A program made the position numbers and the translations under genes. The notes under the pieces are model-generated. The model was given only the letters and a program-made list of their open reading frames with translations, was not told the DNA's origin and did not search any database. A DNA stretch of 64,000 nt from the human T2T-CHM13v2.0 reference genome, Homo sapiens. The stretch is taken from NCBI RefSeq assembly GCF_009914755.1, contig NC_060935.1; one strand, 5' to 3'. How positions within the stretch are numbered: the first letter of the stretch is position 1; each line of letters starts with the position of its first letter. Positions 1 through 28,949 of the stretch are shown piece after piece.

Positions 1-344
1 TGGCATTTCCCACAGGAGTCTCAGCCTTGAGCCTTGCTGGTCTGGCTCAGGTCGTGTTCCCATGCGTATCTCATTTGGTAGGAAAAATGTACCTTCTGGA
101 GTATCGGGAGGATCTGTGGAAGTGGCCATCATACCTTCCTGGTGTGCAGGCATCACACATAGGGCTGTCTGAGGCTGGCGGCTGTCATAAGCCAAAAGAA
201 ATGATCAAATGCCAGGGACAGGGTGTGGTATTGGCGTGCATGCGTGCCCGTGAGGAGGGCGAACGGGAAGCCTTTCCCTATGGGGCTCCTGCAGGCTCCG
301 CTTCCCAGGTCCTGGCTGTTTCACAGCGTGAGGCCCTCTGCTGA

Positions 345-908
<564 letters not shown>

Positions 909-1317
909 TGAGCTTTCCCATTTGGGATGAGCATTGTTCCCAGAAGCAGGTTTAGTGAACGGGCTTTGTGAGACATTCTCAGAAGGCAGAAAGCAGGTGA
1001 GGCCTGGCTAGAAGCTATGGGGGAAAGAAGGGAAGGTCCTGGAAGGTTTCTTGTGCTTTCTCCCTGGTGCCAGCTGCAGCCACACCCCAGGCGGCCCCTG
1101 AGGCTGGGCTTAGAAGGAAAGGAGCGACAGAACCCAGTCGGGTTCCCCAGAGCCCCACTCAGTCAGCCGTGGCAGCCAGATGCCAGGGCAGGTGTGGCAT
1201 CACGGTGCCACGCGTGGCCGGGCACCCGTGTGGATGGTGGGCCACGCGCAGGGGACTACACTTTTGGTGGTGGTTACTGATAAGGGCGTAGGAGCCTGAC
1301 TGTGTTTCTTAGTCTGA

Positions 1318-2379
<1,062 letters not shown>

Positions 2380-3067
2380 TAGGTCGGTGATCAGGTCACG
2401 GGCACCTTCTTTTCCCAGACCCTGTGTGGGACTCGGCAAGTAGGCAGCACTCAGAGCATGTCTGCAGCAGCAGGAGGGGCCTGGAAGAGCAAACATGGAT
2501 GGCTCCCTGGAGCCCCTCGGGAATGGAGCGATCACGGGGTCCCATGCAACATGTGGCCCTGGAGGGTGGAGGTCTTGCACAGCGAAAGGGTGCACTCTGC
2601 CTGGAAGTTGTCCTGGGCAAAATGCTCAGAACCACAGGGGCTGGCTGAGCGCAAAACCATTCTTGCCCTTGGGCCATGTGGAGTCCCTGGGTGGGCTCTG
2701 CCCCGTTTGCCACATCCTGCATTGTGCCCACCCCGCAGGAGCTGGCTAGGCGTGCAGTGGGAGTTGGCCAGGCATACGCTGGCAGAGCGTGTAGCGGTCT
2801 TGGGGAACTCCTGCTACTGCCATTTTCCTCAGCAAGAGCATGCAGGAGTTCCAGCTTGCATTGATTCATTGAATTCCTGAAGCGAAGCTACACCAGCACA
2901 TGGGTGGCTTTGAAAGGGGCCTCCCAGAGCCTGGGGCTCCAGAGGAATTCACTCCCCAAACCTTTGTTGAGCAGCTACTGTATGCCACGCTTTGTGCTAG
3001 AGGACAGGACTGATGCCACCCCTGCCCCCAGGCACTGACAGGGTAGCAGAGGGAAGACACATGAGCT

Positions 3068-3218
3068 GCTTTTTAATTTTTTTTAGAATTAATAGAGACG
3101 GGGTCTCACTCTGTCACTATGTTGCCCAGGCTAGTTTTGAACTCCTGGCCGCAAGCAGTCCTCCTACCTCAGCCTCCCAAAATGCTGGGATTACAGGTGT
3201 GAGCCACCGTGCTTAGCC
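3068..3218 (-). mobile_element. FLAM / Alu monomer in IGHMBP2 intron 13
   Basis: T-rich tail, then gagacggggtctc...cctcccaaaatgctgggattacaggtgtgagccacc. Confidence 0.85.
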
Positions 3219-3280
3219 ATGAATTGATTTTAAAACCTTAAATGAGGGGCCAGGTGTTGTCTTTCCGTTTGCCTGAGTGA

Positions 3281-3616
<336 letters not shown>

Positions 3617-4630
3617 TGACTCATGATCGGTTTTCAGCACATCAGGGCACAAGCAAACAAAATGCCTTATTTGCTGAGCTGCAGCCACGTTAGTGGGAAT
3701 TCTGGGCAGAGGGAATTTTGTCCCAGTGTCCTTGGGTTCTGTCAGTGGCCTAATCTGGTCTGTTTGGCATAGGGGAGGTGGGAGGCAGAGCCTCCAGCCC
3801 GTCATCTGAGCTGGCCATGGCCCGGCTGCTGTGTCATTCATTCCTTGAGCCGGGGTTGATGAGAACCCCCTGGGCCAGGTGTGGGCGCCTGTGGAAAGCC
3901 GAGGTCTGAACCAGCCTTGTCTCTACCCTGGAGGATGCTGGGCCTGGTGGGGGACCTGGGTAAGAGACCAGCATACAGTACCAGGTGTTGAGTGCTCTGA
4001 GGAAGAAAACCCAGGGCCAGGGTGGCAGCAGGGTCACCCACCCAGATGCAGCAGTCAGGGTGGGCTTCCTGGAGGAAGTAACACTGGAGCTGAGACCTGT
4101 AGGACAGAAGGTGGGAGCTGGGCTGGGAAGGACAGGGCCGATGGCGGGTGGGCAGGCAGGCTATCCACCCTTAGAACATGCATAAAGCCCCAGGCCCAGT
4201 CAGAGAGTTGGGAGTAGAGTGTGAGGCAGATGGCTAGAGTTGAGGCTGGGCATGTCCTGGCGAGCTGCCTGGAGGAGTCAGGCCTGATCTGAAGGCAGTG
4301 GGGTACCCTCTAGGGTGTCAGCAGGGCTGTGATGTCACCAGTCTTGGCTGCAGTGTGGATTAGGTAGGCGGAGGCTGGGAGGCAGTGGGAAGTGGCCGCA
4401 GGGACCGTGTGGTCAGTCAGGGTGGTGCCATTTCCTGTGTGCACACTCGGGGGCTCCCGCCACACCAGGGTGCAGACCACCCCGCCGCTCTCCCGCCAGG
4501 CAGCCTGCAGGGTGAAGGACTGACATGGCGGGAGGAGTGGCCTTCTCTGTTGGGGCGCCTGTGGCCCCCCAGCTCTTTGATAGGCAGAGCTGCAGGATCT
4601 GCCTCCTTGCCCCTGTGAGCCCAGCAGTGA

Positions 4631-4846
<216 letters not shown>

Positions 4847-5715
4847 CCGGCCGCATCCTTGCACGCCCCGCGGAGCTCTCTCCATGGTAGCCCAGGGCGC
4901 TGGCAGACCATGCTCCGCCTCCACCAGGGCCACAGAGGAGCGGAGGGGCCTATGGGGGAGGAGCGGAGGGCCCTGTTGGGGAAGGTTGGGTTTTTGGACC
5001 CCAGGGATAAGCTTTTCCGATGTCACAATGTGGAGGAAAGCACCTGGGGGACAACAGTGCTCGTGCAGGTGGGGCTTGGGAAATGCACGTCCCTTCCCCT
5101 CACTCCCCGCCAAAACCCACATCCCAGCCTCTGGATCCTGGGGAAGGTTCCAGTCCCTGGAGAATACCCAGGGCCTCAAACTTGAAGTCACTCCTCCAAT
5201 GTCTGGGACTTGCCAGCTCAGCCCGTTAGGATGAGGGTGCTGAGAGGAAACAGGAAACAAGACTGCGAATGGTGCTCAGGCAGGGAGCAGGGAGTGGCGT
5301 TTGGCTTGCACGTTCCCATGTGGCCAGATGCTGGGGCCACTTTCCTTCTGTCTGCTGGTGACTGCAGTGTTCCCCCTCCTCCTCACCACGGGGCTCCTGT
5401 GAGTCTGGGGGGCACCTCTTTCTGGCCTGTGCACCTCTCTCTGGCTTATAAAGGTGCCTGGCCTGTGCCAGCCCCTCCTTGTTGCGCCTCACCGTGGGGA
5501 CCAGGTGAGCCGGCTCTCCCACGTGGTTGTCCCGGGAAAGCTGCCCCACAGCCTCAGCATCTTCAGCACTTACCGATCCAGAGCCTCCCGGCCTTCTCCG
5601 GTGTCCTGTACCAACTCTTCTATTTAAGAGAACCTCAGATGATGTACCTGAGCCTCAGGGTTTTGTTTCAGAGGGATATAAATTATTTAAAAATTAAATG
5701 AAAACGTTGCACACT
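4847..5715 (+). other. IGHMBP2: IGHMBP2 3'UTR (3' end approximate)
   Basis: Lies between the stop codon and the ATTAAA signal. Confidence 0.8.
5693..5698 (+). terminator. Polyadenylation signal ATTAAA of IGHMBP2
   Basis: ATTAAA in an AT-rich patch of a GC-rich region, with upstream TGTA elements, CA dinucleotides 12-16 nt downstream and a GT-rich gtgtgtctg element after them. Confidence 0.8.
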
Positions 5716-8079
5716 GCCCCAGTGTGTCTGCTGCGGGTCTAAGGGGCGCGCCCTTTGCCTGTTCTGCTCAGCTGCTGTGCCCTCCCCGCCGCGTCTCTCA
5801 AGCCCCCTCTCCTTCTGACCTCTCTGCGGCAGACTCTCCCGGTGCAGGCTCCTCTCTCCTTAAATCCCATTCATGTCCTTTTATGTCCCCGATGGTTCTG
5901 AGTGAGGTTGAGCTTCCCTGACCTGCACCTAGGGTGGCTGTCCCCCAGAGGCCATTTACGCAGCGCATTCGGCTAATGTGTCCTCAGGCCAGGCCTGCAC
6001 GCTTTGACTGCCGTGTTCTTGCTGGTCCTGGGCGACTCTCCCTTCCTACCCGGACTGACGCCCCACCCTGGGCCACTAGAGCCCCTCCTCCTCCCCCTGT
6101 CCTGTCCTTGTCTGTTCCCGTCAAGTGGCTTTTGGACTGAATTGTTTGGGAAGGGGACCAGGACTCTACTGCATTTTGTGTCAAGTGCGGCAGAGTTAAT
6201 CTGGTTGCTTCCATAAGTGCTGAGCACCATGCACAGAAGGCTGCAGTTCTCATGCTCTTTGAGGACCCGTGGCTGTGGGAGGCATTTGTGTAATGATGCT
6301 CTTGGGGGATGAGGGCACCATTGGAAGCATCTCCCGGTTGACACAGCACACAGGGACAGGTGTTCTTCCTGCAGGGGCGGGGGCGGGGGTGCCTGCTTAA
6401 GCTCCCCAACTTCCCAGAATCCAAACAGCTGATAAGAGTCCTGCCCTGGGGTTGACACGGATGCTGAAAGATGTTGGCTCTTGGGTGGGAGACAGCCGAC
6501 AGCCACACTCCCTGCCTCCTAGGTAGCCTGTCTGCAGGAGAGAAGGAGGCCAAAGAGAAACAGACCCAAAAATGGGGGTGGGAGAGTGACCTGATGACAC
6601 TGTTTGAGCACCTGGATGTAGCCATGCCTGACCTCCACCCCATTCTTCCTGGTGTCCTGAGCTAGTAAATCCCCTTTTTTAGCTGAAGAAGTCTGCCTTG
6701 GGTTTTTGTCACTTGCTGCCAAAGAATCTTTGCTGACCCAGTCATGCCCACATCTGTTTATCTTATTGGGCATACCCCTCCCAGCATGGAGGCAGTATGG
6801 AATTAGTGTCGCCCCACTCATTAGAGAAGGCACGATTGGAATCCAAGCCCTGTACCTTTATCCAGGTGTTCTTCTGTGGGCCGTCCCACCAGGAGGAGCT
6901 TGAAGTAGAGGAAGGCAGCCAGCATCAGCGGCGGGCCGGGCGGGTGGGGGGTGGAAGCTTCTGGAATCGGAGGGACCTGAGTCTGAACGCCAGCCAGCAC
7001 CACCGTCCACTGAGGTGTGGCCTCAGCAAGTCACCTCTCCTCTCTGAGCCTGTTTGTCATCTATGAAGCAGGACGGGAACAGTTGCTGCCGCGCCAGCTG
7101 TGCTAAGTGGAAGACATGAAGTGCAGCATCATGTCCTTGCGGGACCTGGCTCCGGGTTTGTCGTCTCCCTGGCTGTGCCCCCCAGCCTCCTGCATGGAGC
7201 CTTCTCCCCTTCAGCACTGACCACCGCGGCCCTTGGTGATGCATTGTTAAAATGCCAGAACCCAAGGTTGCAACATAAAAAGTTTCCATTTCTCATCCCA
7301 GAGAGGCCTTGTTAGGAAAATATTTGTAGCTGGTTGTTTGAAAAGTACCCTACAGTTTGGCCTGGATAGGGTAACCCAAGAAAAGGAAAAAAATTTCCCA
7401 AGCCAAACGTCTCCCTGGCCAGCTGGAGTGTGGTCTTGCTGACAGTAGCTGCAGGCTGTAGCCCACCCGGGCCGGAACTGGGTGGAAGAGAGTAGAGGAC
7501 TCCCTTCTAAGGAGAACTGCCCACCTCCACCCGTGCGGCTCCCCTGAGGTAGCCCTGCCATGTGCTCCTTTCCGGGGGTGCCGGGCAGGGCAGTGGGCAC
7601 AGGCAGGAGCCCCTGCCAGCTCTGGGCTTTGCTCCTGAGTTTACTTGGGATGTGCTGCGTGCCTTGGGGCCTCAGTTTCCTCCTCTGTAACATGGGGAAG
7701 TAACAAGACCTGTCTCAGGGTAGCTGTGAAGATGAAATGATCAAACACACAAGGCCTTGGGTACGGCGCCTGGCTTCTAATAAATGTATTGCCCTCCTCC
7801 TCGTCATCTTGCAAAGCAGCAGTGGAGAGGAACGAGACGGCACATGCCGCTATAGAAGGGTTTCAGCAAATGGCCTTTCCTACCAGAGACAGAGGCAAGA
7901 GTGCCCAGGTCCCAAGGGCCCACCGGTCAGCTGCTGGTGGAAGTCGCAGGTCCCCCAGTGTGGGTCTGCCTGGCTTCCTTGCACCCAACACAGCTCGCCC
8001 CCGCCCTGTGCCGAGCAGGCCAAGGGTGGGCCAAGGGCGGGCCTAGGGCAGGCCTGCTCTGTTTACCTTGGTTTGTTTG

Positions 8080-8205
8080 GAGCTGCCCAGAGGGATCCCA
8101 GAGTGGGCTGAAGGGCACCATGCTGCTTTGGGAGGTTTTAGGCCCACGTTATAGCCCTGGCACTTAAAAGGAATTGTGGTCACCACTGGGAGCATAGCAA
8201 AAGCT
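8080..8205 (+). repeat. Donor arm of a 126-bp inverted repeat (partner 9993-10118)
   Basis: Manual alignment to the reverse complement of 9993-10118 gives 121/126 identity with no gaps. Confidence 0.95.
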
Positions 8206-8656
8206 GCAGCCTTATTTGGTCTGGAAACTTCTTTGCTTGCAGGAAAAGCAGAATGGGGAAGCAGGCTCTCGTGTGGGTGGGCAGATTGGGGCCAGTTCTT
8301 CATTACCCAGGGATATGAATTACTTTGCTACCTCACTTGGCTCTGGTTTTGGCTTCTGGCCTTCTCCACTGAAGCTGCAGCTCACAATCTCCCCCAGCCC
8401 TCAGCTGCCAATGAGCTGTTCTGTTGTGCAGCTTTATTGAGGTGTAATTGTCATGCCATAGAATGCACTCGTTGTAAATATACGATTCAGATTCGATGAT
8501 GTTAGTAAACATGGGGCTGGGCCACATACCCCTACCCGTCCCTACTGCTGGGTGCTGGTCTGCAGTTAATCTCTGCTCCTGCCCTCAGCCCCAGGCAGTC
8601 ACCAGTCAGCTTTCTGTCCCTATAAATTTGCCTTTTCTGGAAACTTCATATAAATA

Positions 8657-8994
8657 TAGACTGTCCCCAACTCCCCGTGGTTTTGACGTAACGATTTTTT
8701 GACTTTACAATGGTGCAAAGGCTTGTATGCATTCAGTAGAAACCACCATTCTGTGTTCATGTTCAGTACAGTATTCAGTAAATGACATGAGAAATTCAAC
8801 ACTTTATATTATCAGATAGGTTCTGTGTTAGATAAGTGTGCTCAGTAAGCGTTCTGAGCATGTGTAGGGTAGGCTAGGCTAAGCTACGATGCCCAGGAGG
8901 TCAGGTGTATTGAAAGCATTTTCAATCTGCAATGTTTTCAATTCCCCATGGATTTGTGGGGAACATATTCCCATCATAAGTCGAGGAACATCCG
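8657..8994 (-). mobile_element. MER47-like non-autonomous Tigger (TcMar) DNA transposon
   Basis: Degenerate terminal inverted repeats flanked by TA; internal ggtaggctaggctaagctacgatg and aagtcgaggaacatccg match the recalled MER47A consensus. Confidence 0.7.
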
Positions 8995-9552
8995 TATCCA
9001 GCCCCGTGCATCTGCGTTCTTTTACTTCACCTGATGTTTTTGAGGTTTGCCCATGTGGTGGTGTGTATCAGTGTTTCAGTTCTTTTTATTGTCAAACAAT
9101 GTCCCATTGCATGGATACACCCATTTAGTGTATCCACTCATCTATCGGATATTCAGATTGCTTCCACTTTTTGGCTGTTTTGACCCATGAGGCTGCTATG
9201 AATATTCATCGTTCAAGTCCTTCTGTGAAAACATGCATTCTCATTTTTCTTGGGTAGATTCTTAGAAGTGGAATTGCTGGGTCATAAGTTAGTTTATTCA
9301 TTTAAGAAACTACCAGGCTTTTCCAGAGAGGTTACACCATTTTACATTCCTGCCAGCTATGTATGCGGGTTCTAGTTTTTCTGTTCTTGCCAACATTTGG
9401 TATTGTCTGATTATTATTACTATTACCACCATGTTGGTGGGTATATACTATGATCTCATTGTAGTTTTAATTTGCATTTTCTTAAAGACTAAGGAAGCTG
9501 AGCACCCTTTTCCTGCGCTTACGGGACATGTAGATATCTCCTTTGGTAAATT

Positions 9553-12872
<3,320 letters not shown>

Positions 12873-14095
12873 GTCGCTGCTTTTGAGTCAGGGTCTCAGT
12901 GTGTGACCCAGGCTGGAGTGCACTGGTGCGATTATAGCTCACTGAAGCTTCAGCCTCCAGGGTTCAAGTGATCCACCTGCCTCAGCCTTCCAAAGGGCTG
13001 GGATTACAGGCGTGCGCCACTGCCTCTGGCCTTCTTACATCTTTTTTCCTGTTTTCTATCTCTCCATCTCTTCCTTTTTTAAACAATGAGATGTTCCTCA
13101 GCCTTATTTTCCAACCATTTTATTTTTGTTTAGGTTTTAAAAATTCACACCATTTTCCTTTCAGCATCGAAGAGCCCTTCCCTCATGTCCCTTTTTGCAG
13201 TGCTCTCCCTGTGGGGCTGCGTCTTCTCTTTTCTGTCTGTGGGTGTGGTTTTGTATTGTTTGCTGCTTTCTTTTTCCTGCAGTGTTTCGATTCCAAATGG
13301 CTTCCGTCTGCCTTTCGCATCGTGGCTTTCTGCAGATTCTGGTAGTTGTCCCCTCCTATCAGCCAGGGACTGACTCTCCAAGACCGTGCGGAGGGCTCGC
13401 TGACTGTGGGCTTCACTGAGGCATCAGCTGCCCGGCCGTTGAGCCAGGGACCAGAAGTCTTTCCCCCTGGATGTGCCAGGTTGCAATCACAGTCTCTGTT
13501 CATACACCTGCTTACTCACCCTCCACTCAGTACGGGGTTCCCCCGCCCAGCTATGCCTTGGGACCCTCAGGCAGACTCATTCTGTTTTACCCACTGCAGA
13601 GCCTAGTCGGGTATTTGGTCTTTTCTCAGAGTAGAGGAGGAGGCTTCTCTGAGTAGCAGATGGGATTAGAAGATCTGATTGCTGCTGCTTTCATAAAAAT
13701 TGTAAAATATCTATAACATGAAATTTAACATTTTAACCATTGTGTAAGCAAGTGTACAACTCAGCGGCATCCCTTACATTCCCAGCATTGTGCAACCATC
13801 ACCACCATCTGTCTCCAGAACTTTCTCATCTTCCCACATGGAAACTCCATCCCCATCAAATACCAACCCCCCAGCCCCTGGAATCTCTGTTCATTTTCTG
13901 TCTCCATGACTGATTGCTTCTTTTAAAGACTTCCATCCACCCGCCTTATTTTAGCTCCTTCCCACCCCACTTCTTGGGCTCCCAAGGCCCCCAGTTCCTG
14001 AGCCTTTAGGTGATTCTGTGGCATCAATTTATTTAGTGGCCTTATGTAGATGTGTGTGTTCAATCCGCTAACTTTACATGGATGTTTCTCTAGAT

Positions 14096-14616
14096 CAGGG
14101 GGTCCCAGGGGTACGGGTCCATGACCTGTTAGGAACTGGGCCTCACAGCAGGAGGTGAGTGGTGGGTGCACCCGTGAAGCTTCATCTGTATTTACAGCCA
14201 CTCCTCACTGCTCGCGTCACCGCCCGAGCTCCGCCTCCCGTCAGATCAGCGGCGGCGTTAGATTCTCATAGGAGCGCGAACCCTATTGTGAACTGCGCAT
14301 GCGAGGGATCCAGGCTGCGTGCTCCTTTATGAGACTCTGATGCCTGATGATCTGTCACTGTCTCCCATCACCCTAAGATGGGACTGTCTAGTTGCAGGGA
14401 AAGAAGCTCAGGGCTCCCACTGATTCTACATTATGGTGAATTGTAGAATTATTTTATTATATATTACAATGTCAATAATAGAAATAAAGTGTGCAATAAA
14501 TGTCATGCGCTTGGGTCATCCTGAAATCATTCCCCCTGCCGCCCCACGGCCTGGCCCATGGAGAAATTATCTTCCACGAAACCGGTCTCTGGTGCCAAAA
14601 AGGCTGGAGACTGTTG
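14096..14616 (+). mobile_element. MER1A-like hAT-Charlie DNA transposon, near full length
   Basis: Starts cagggggtccc and ends ggtgccaaaaaggctggagactgttg; 8-bp degenerate TSD ctctagat/ctctataa; internal ttagattctcataggagcgcgaaccctattgtgaactgcgcatgcgagggatc. Confidence 0.85.
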
Positions 14617-14653
14617 CTCTATAATATTTAAGTTATCTTTTGCAGAGACTTTG

Positions 14654-20060
<5,407 letters not shown>

Positions 20061-21076
20061 TACTCTCCAGGTAACTAATGCACCCAGTAAAGAATCCTCT
20101 AACTTTCTGCCCAGGGAGCTGGGGTCTCCCCCAACCAGTGTGCGCTTTGATTTTTCCTCCAGTGTTCAGAATGGCGCCTCATCCCTGTCCTGGTCCCACC
20201 TGGTGCCCCGGTTGCAGGCCTGAGCTTTGTTGGCGATGGAGGATACTAAGCATCCGCCCGTGTTTTTGGATGCAGGCTCCATGCTGGGCTTGGGGTTGGC
20301 TGGACAGCATGAGACGGGGGAGGAGACGCACTTTCCCCCGAGTACCCACCCCTGAGAGCGAGAAGAGCACGTTGGTTATGCTCGCTCACGGCTCTGGAGC
20401 CCCAACATCTGGCTGCAGAGTCCACTTCTGCTGCCTCCTGGCTTTGTGACAAGCCACTCAACCCCTCCAGACCTCGGTGGCCTCGCCTGTAAAACGAGGA
20501 TAGTGCTGGGAACAGTAGTATCCGGTGCTGTGGGGGCCTGAATGATTAACTTCCTTATGACGCCAGGAACCGCCCTGGCCTGAGGGAGGGCGGCACCCAA
20601 GTCTTTATTAGCGAAGTCACGTTCGAGTTTGTGTTGCGTGCCGGGCGTTACGCCGAGTCCTGCACCTGCACTGTGTCCTTTCATCTTCATGGCAGCTCTA
20701 TGGGGTCGTTTCAGTGAAATCTTTTCCCTGGGAGAAATTCCTGGGAACAGGGAGTGCCAGCTCACTTCTGCAGCTTTCAATGGCCCGGGGTCCCCAATTG
20801 CTTACTGCAGTGGGGTCCTCATCCAGCAGGGGCCTCCCTGTCCAGGCTGGATGGTGGAGGCCCCCGGTCTCAGGCCACTCTGGGGCTGTGGGAGCCGGTT
20901 GGGTGGGGACATGATGGCTGGAAGCAATTTGCATGAGGGGGATCTGAGATTGGGGCAGGGGGTCTCGTGGGAGGCTTTTGAGTTTCAGGGCCCTCAGTAC
21001 ATGGCCCCCTCCTTCCCAGCCACACACAGCCCATCTGCACAGGGCCTCGCTGGGGAGCAATTCTTTGGGAATTGGC

Positions 21077-21566
21077 GAGGGTGGGGACCAGGGTGGGGGT
21101 AGGGTGGGGGGGCTGGGGTGGGGCGGGGGCAGGATGGGGGTGCTGGGGCAGAGTAGGGGTCTGGGGGTGGGGCGGGGCAGGGTGGGGGCAGGATGGAGGG
21201 TTGGGGTGGGGTAGGGGTAGGGTTGAGGGGGCTGGAGTGGGGCAGGGTGGGGGCAGGGTGAGGGGGCTGGGGAGGGGGTAGGGTGAGGGGGCTGGGCGGG
21301 ATGGGGCAGGGTGGGGGGCTGGGGAGGGGGTAGGGTGGGAGTGCTGGGGCAGGGTGGGGGCAGGATGGGGGGGGCTGGGGCAGGGTGGGGGCAGGGTGGG
21401 GAGGCTGGGGAGGAGGTAGGGTGGGGTGCTGGGGGCAGGGTGGGGGGTTGGGGTGGGGTGGGGCAGGGTGGGGGGCTGGGGGTTGGGGGGCAGGGTGGTG
21501 GCCTGGGGGTGGGGTGGGGGCAGGGTAGGGGCCTGGGGGTGGGGTGGGGGCAGGGTGGGGGTGGTG
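21077..21566 (+). repeat. G-rich low-complexity / degenerate GGGGCAGGGTG minisatellite with G-quadruplex potential
   Basis: About 490 bp of G3-G8 runs separated by short loops; a further G12 run at 21703-21714. Confidence 0.92.
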
Positions 21567-22944
21567 TATCCCGAGGTCCTGCTTTGCTGCCTCTTCCGGA
21601 TGGCCCATTTTGTTTACGAGCTGGAGGAGCTGCCTGCCCGGTGGAGGGCCAGCCTCGAGTCACTCTTAGAGCCCCTGGCACGCCACTGGGGGTCGCTGTG
21701 GTGGGGGGGGGGGGTGTTGGGACGGCCCATGCACCTGCTCTGTGAGTGGGAGGGGCAGCCAGCTTATCCATCCCGATGGTGGTGTCTCTTGGGCTCTTAG
21801 TGGCCCCCCACCTTCCCCTCCTCTATGTCTGCTTAAAGAAGAATTTCGGGGTGGAGGAAGCCGTGACAGCCACTTCTGTTTTCTCTCTATGCTTCCCTCT
21901 CCCGTGTGCTCCTGGCTCCCCAGGTCAGACTGCAGCGAGCGGGTCTGGAAAAGGCCAGCACTCCCCTCGGCAGAGGGGCCAAGAGGGGCTGCTGGGGTGG
22001 GGGTGGAGGTGGGCGGTCTTGCAGCAGAGCAGGGGAGGCTGCCAGGCCAGGGCCATTGTCACCCTAGCCTCCTCCATCACCCCAGCCTCCCCCGGTCACC
22101 CGGACCTCCCTTGGCTCCTGTGCCTGGTTGTCTCTGGCATGTGGTGACCTGGATGCTCCAAGTTTGGTGTGGACTCCAGGAGTAGTCCTGCTATGGGAAA
22201 TGAAATGTAGTTAGGTTCGAGAGCCAAATACACCATGGCCTTATTTGGGATGAAGGCTCATCCTCTGAGAGCCTGCAGTACCTCGTGGGGTTGACATCTT
22301 TCAGCTGACCCTCGGTGGGCCCAGGGACAAGACAGAGGGGGACCGCTTAGGCTGGGCTGGACTGGGTCCCGAAAGGGTGGCTGTGGCCACATGCTGACCT
22401 GCAGGGTGTGCCCAGATAGCTCTCACCTACTGCAAGCCCTCTTGCTGAAAGGGCCCAGGGTTCCACCTTAGGGATAACACTGCCCAGTGACAGTGACAGA
22501 TGGACCCAGGACCTGCACATCCCTTCTTCACAGCAGCTGGAGGTGGGAGGGGGATGTATCCCTGTTGCACAGATGAGAAAACAGAGGCTCAAGGAGGGCA
22601 CCTGATGGGAGGCAGTGGTGGAGCTAGAGCCAGTCCTGAGCTGGTCCTTTCCCTCAATCACTGTGGCCCCTCAGGGAGGGCTGACCCTCCCCCTGCCCAC
22701 CTGCACAACCAGAGGGTAGACTCCAGGGTGCAACAGGGGAGTCACCAAAGACCCGCTTACTGCCATGGTGGGTTTAATTTTTGAAGTCACAGCTTAACCC
22801 AATTCCAAATTGTGTACAAGTGACGCGTCTAACAGATAAGGATACAGAAAGAGCAAAGTCAAAGGAGGTGAGCAGATGAACCGTGCAAGCGCCAGCCAGT
22901 TGAAAGCTGGTGAGCTCTGCGAATACCAGACAAAACAGACTGTT

Positions 22945-27941
<4,997 letters not shown>

Positions 27942-28194
27942 TTAGCCACTAAGCATGTCATCAATTTGTTCCAGCAGCCACAGGAAATGAATAAAAGGCT
28001 CAAAGTCCTGATGTCATGGGCTGGCTGGTGATGGAGAATCTTGAAGGCTGTGGATGTGAGTTCTCACGGTCCTGGCCCGCAGCTGGAGAAGGGCAGGCAT
28101 GGGAGAGCAGGGAGCATGCTGGCACCAGGTGGCAGAAAAGGGAAGAGCCAGGACTCCAGATACCGAGATACTGGTAGTCCATGTGCTTGGAGAC

Positions 28195-28911
<717 letters not shown>

Positions 28912-28949
28912 GAGACTAATGTGCTTCAGTCAACCCCAGACACTGTAGG

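Noticed and set aside
21077-21566. Functional link between the G-rich tract and IGHMBP2, a protein first described as binding G-rich switch DNA
   Set aside because: Proximity only; nothing in the sequence supports a link.
20698-21771. 357-aa proline-rich, extensin-like ORF
   Set aside because: It is simply the translation of the G-rich tract, which is open in several frames.
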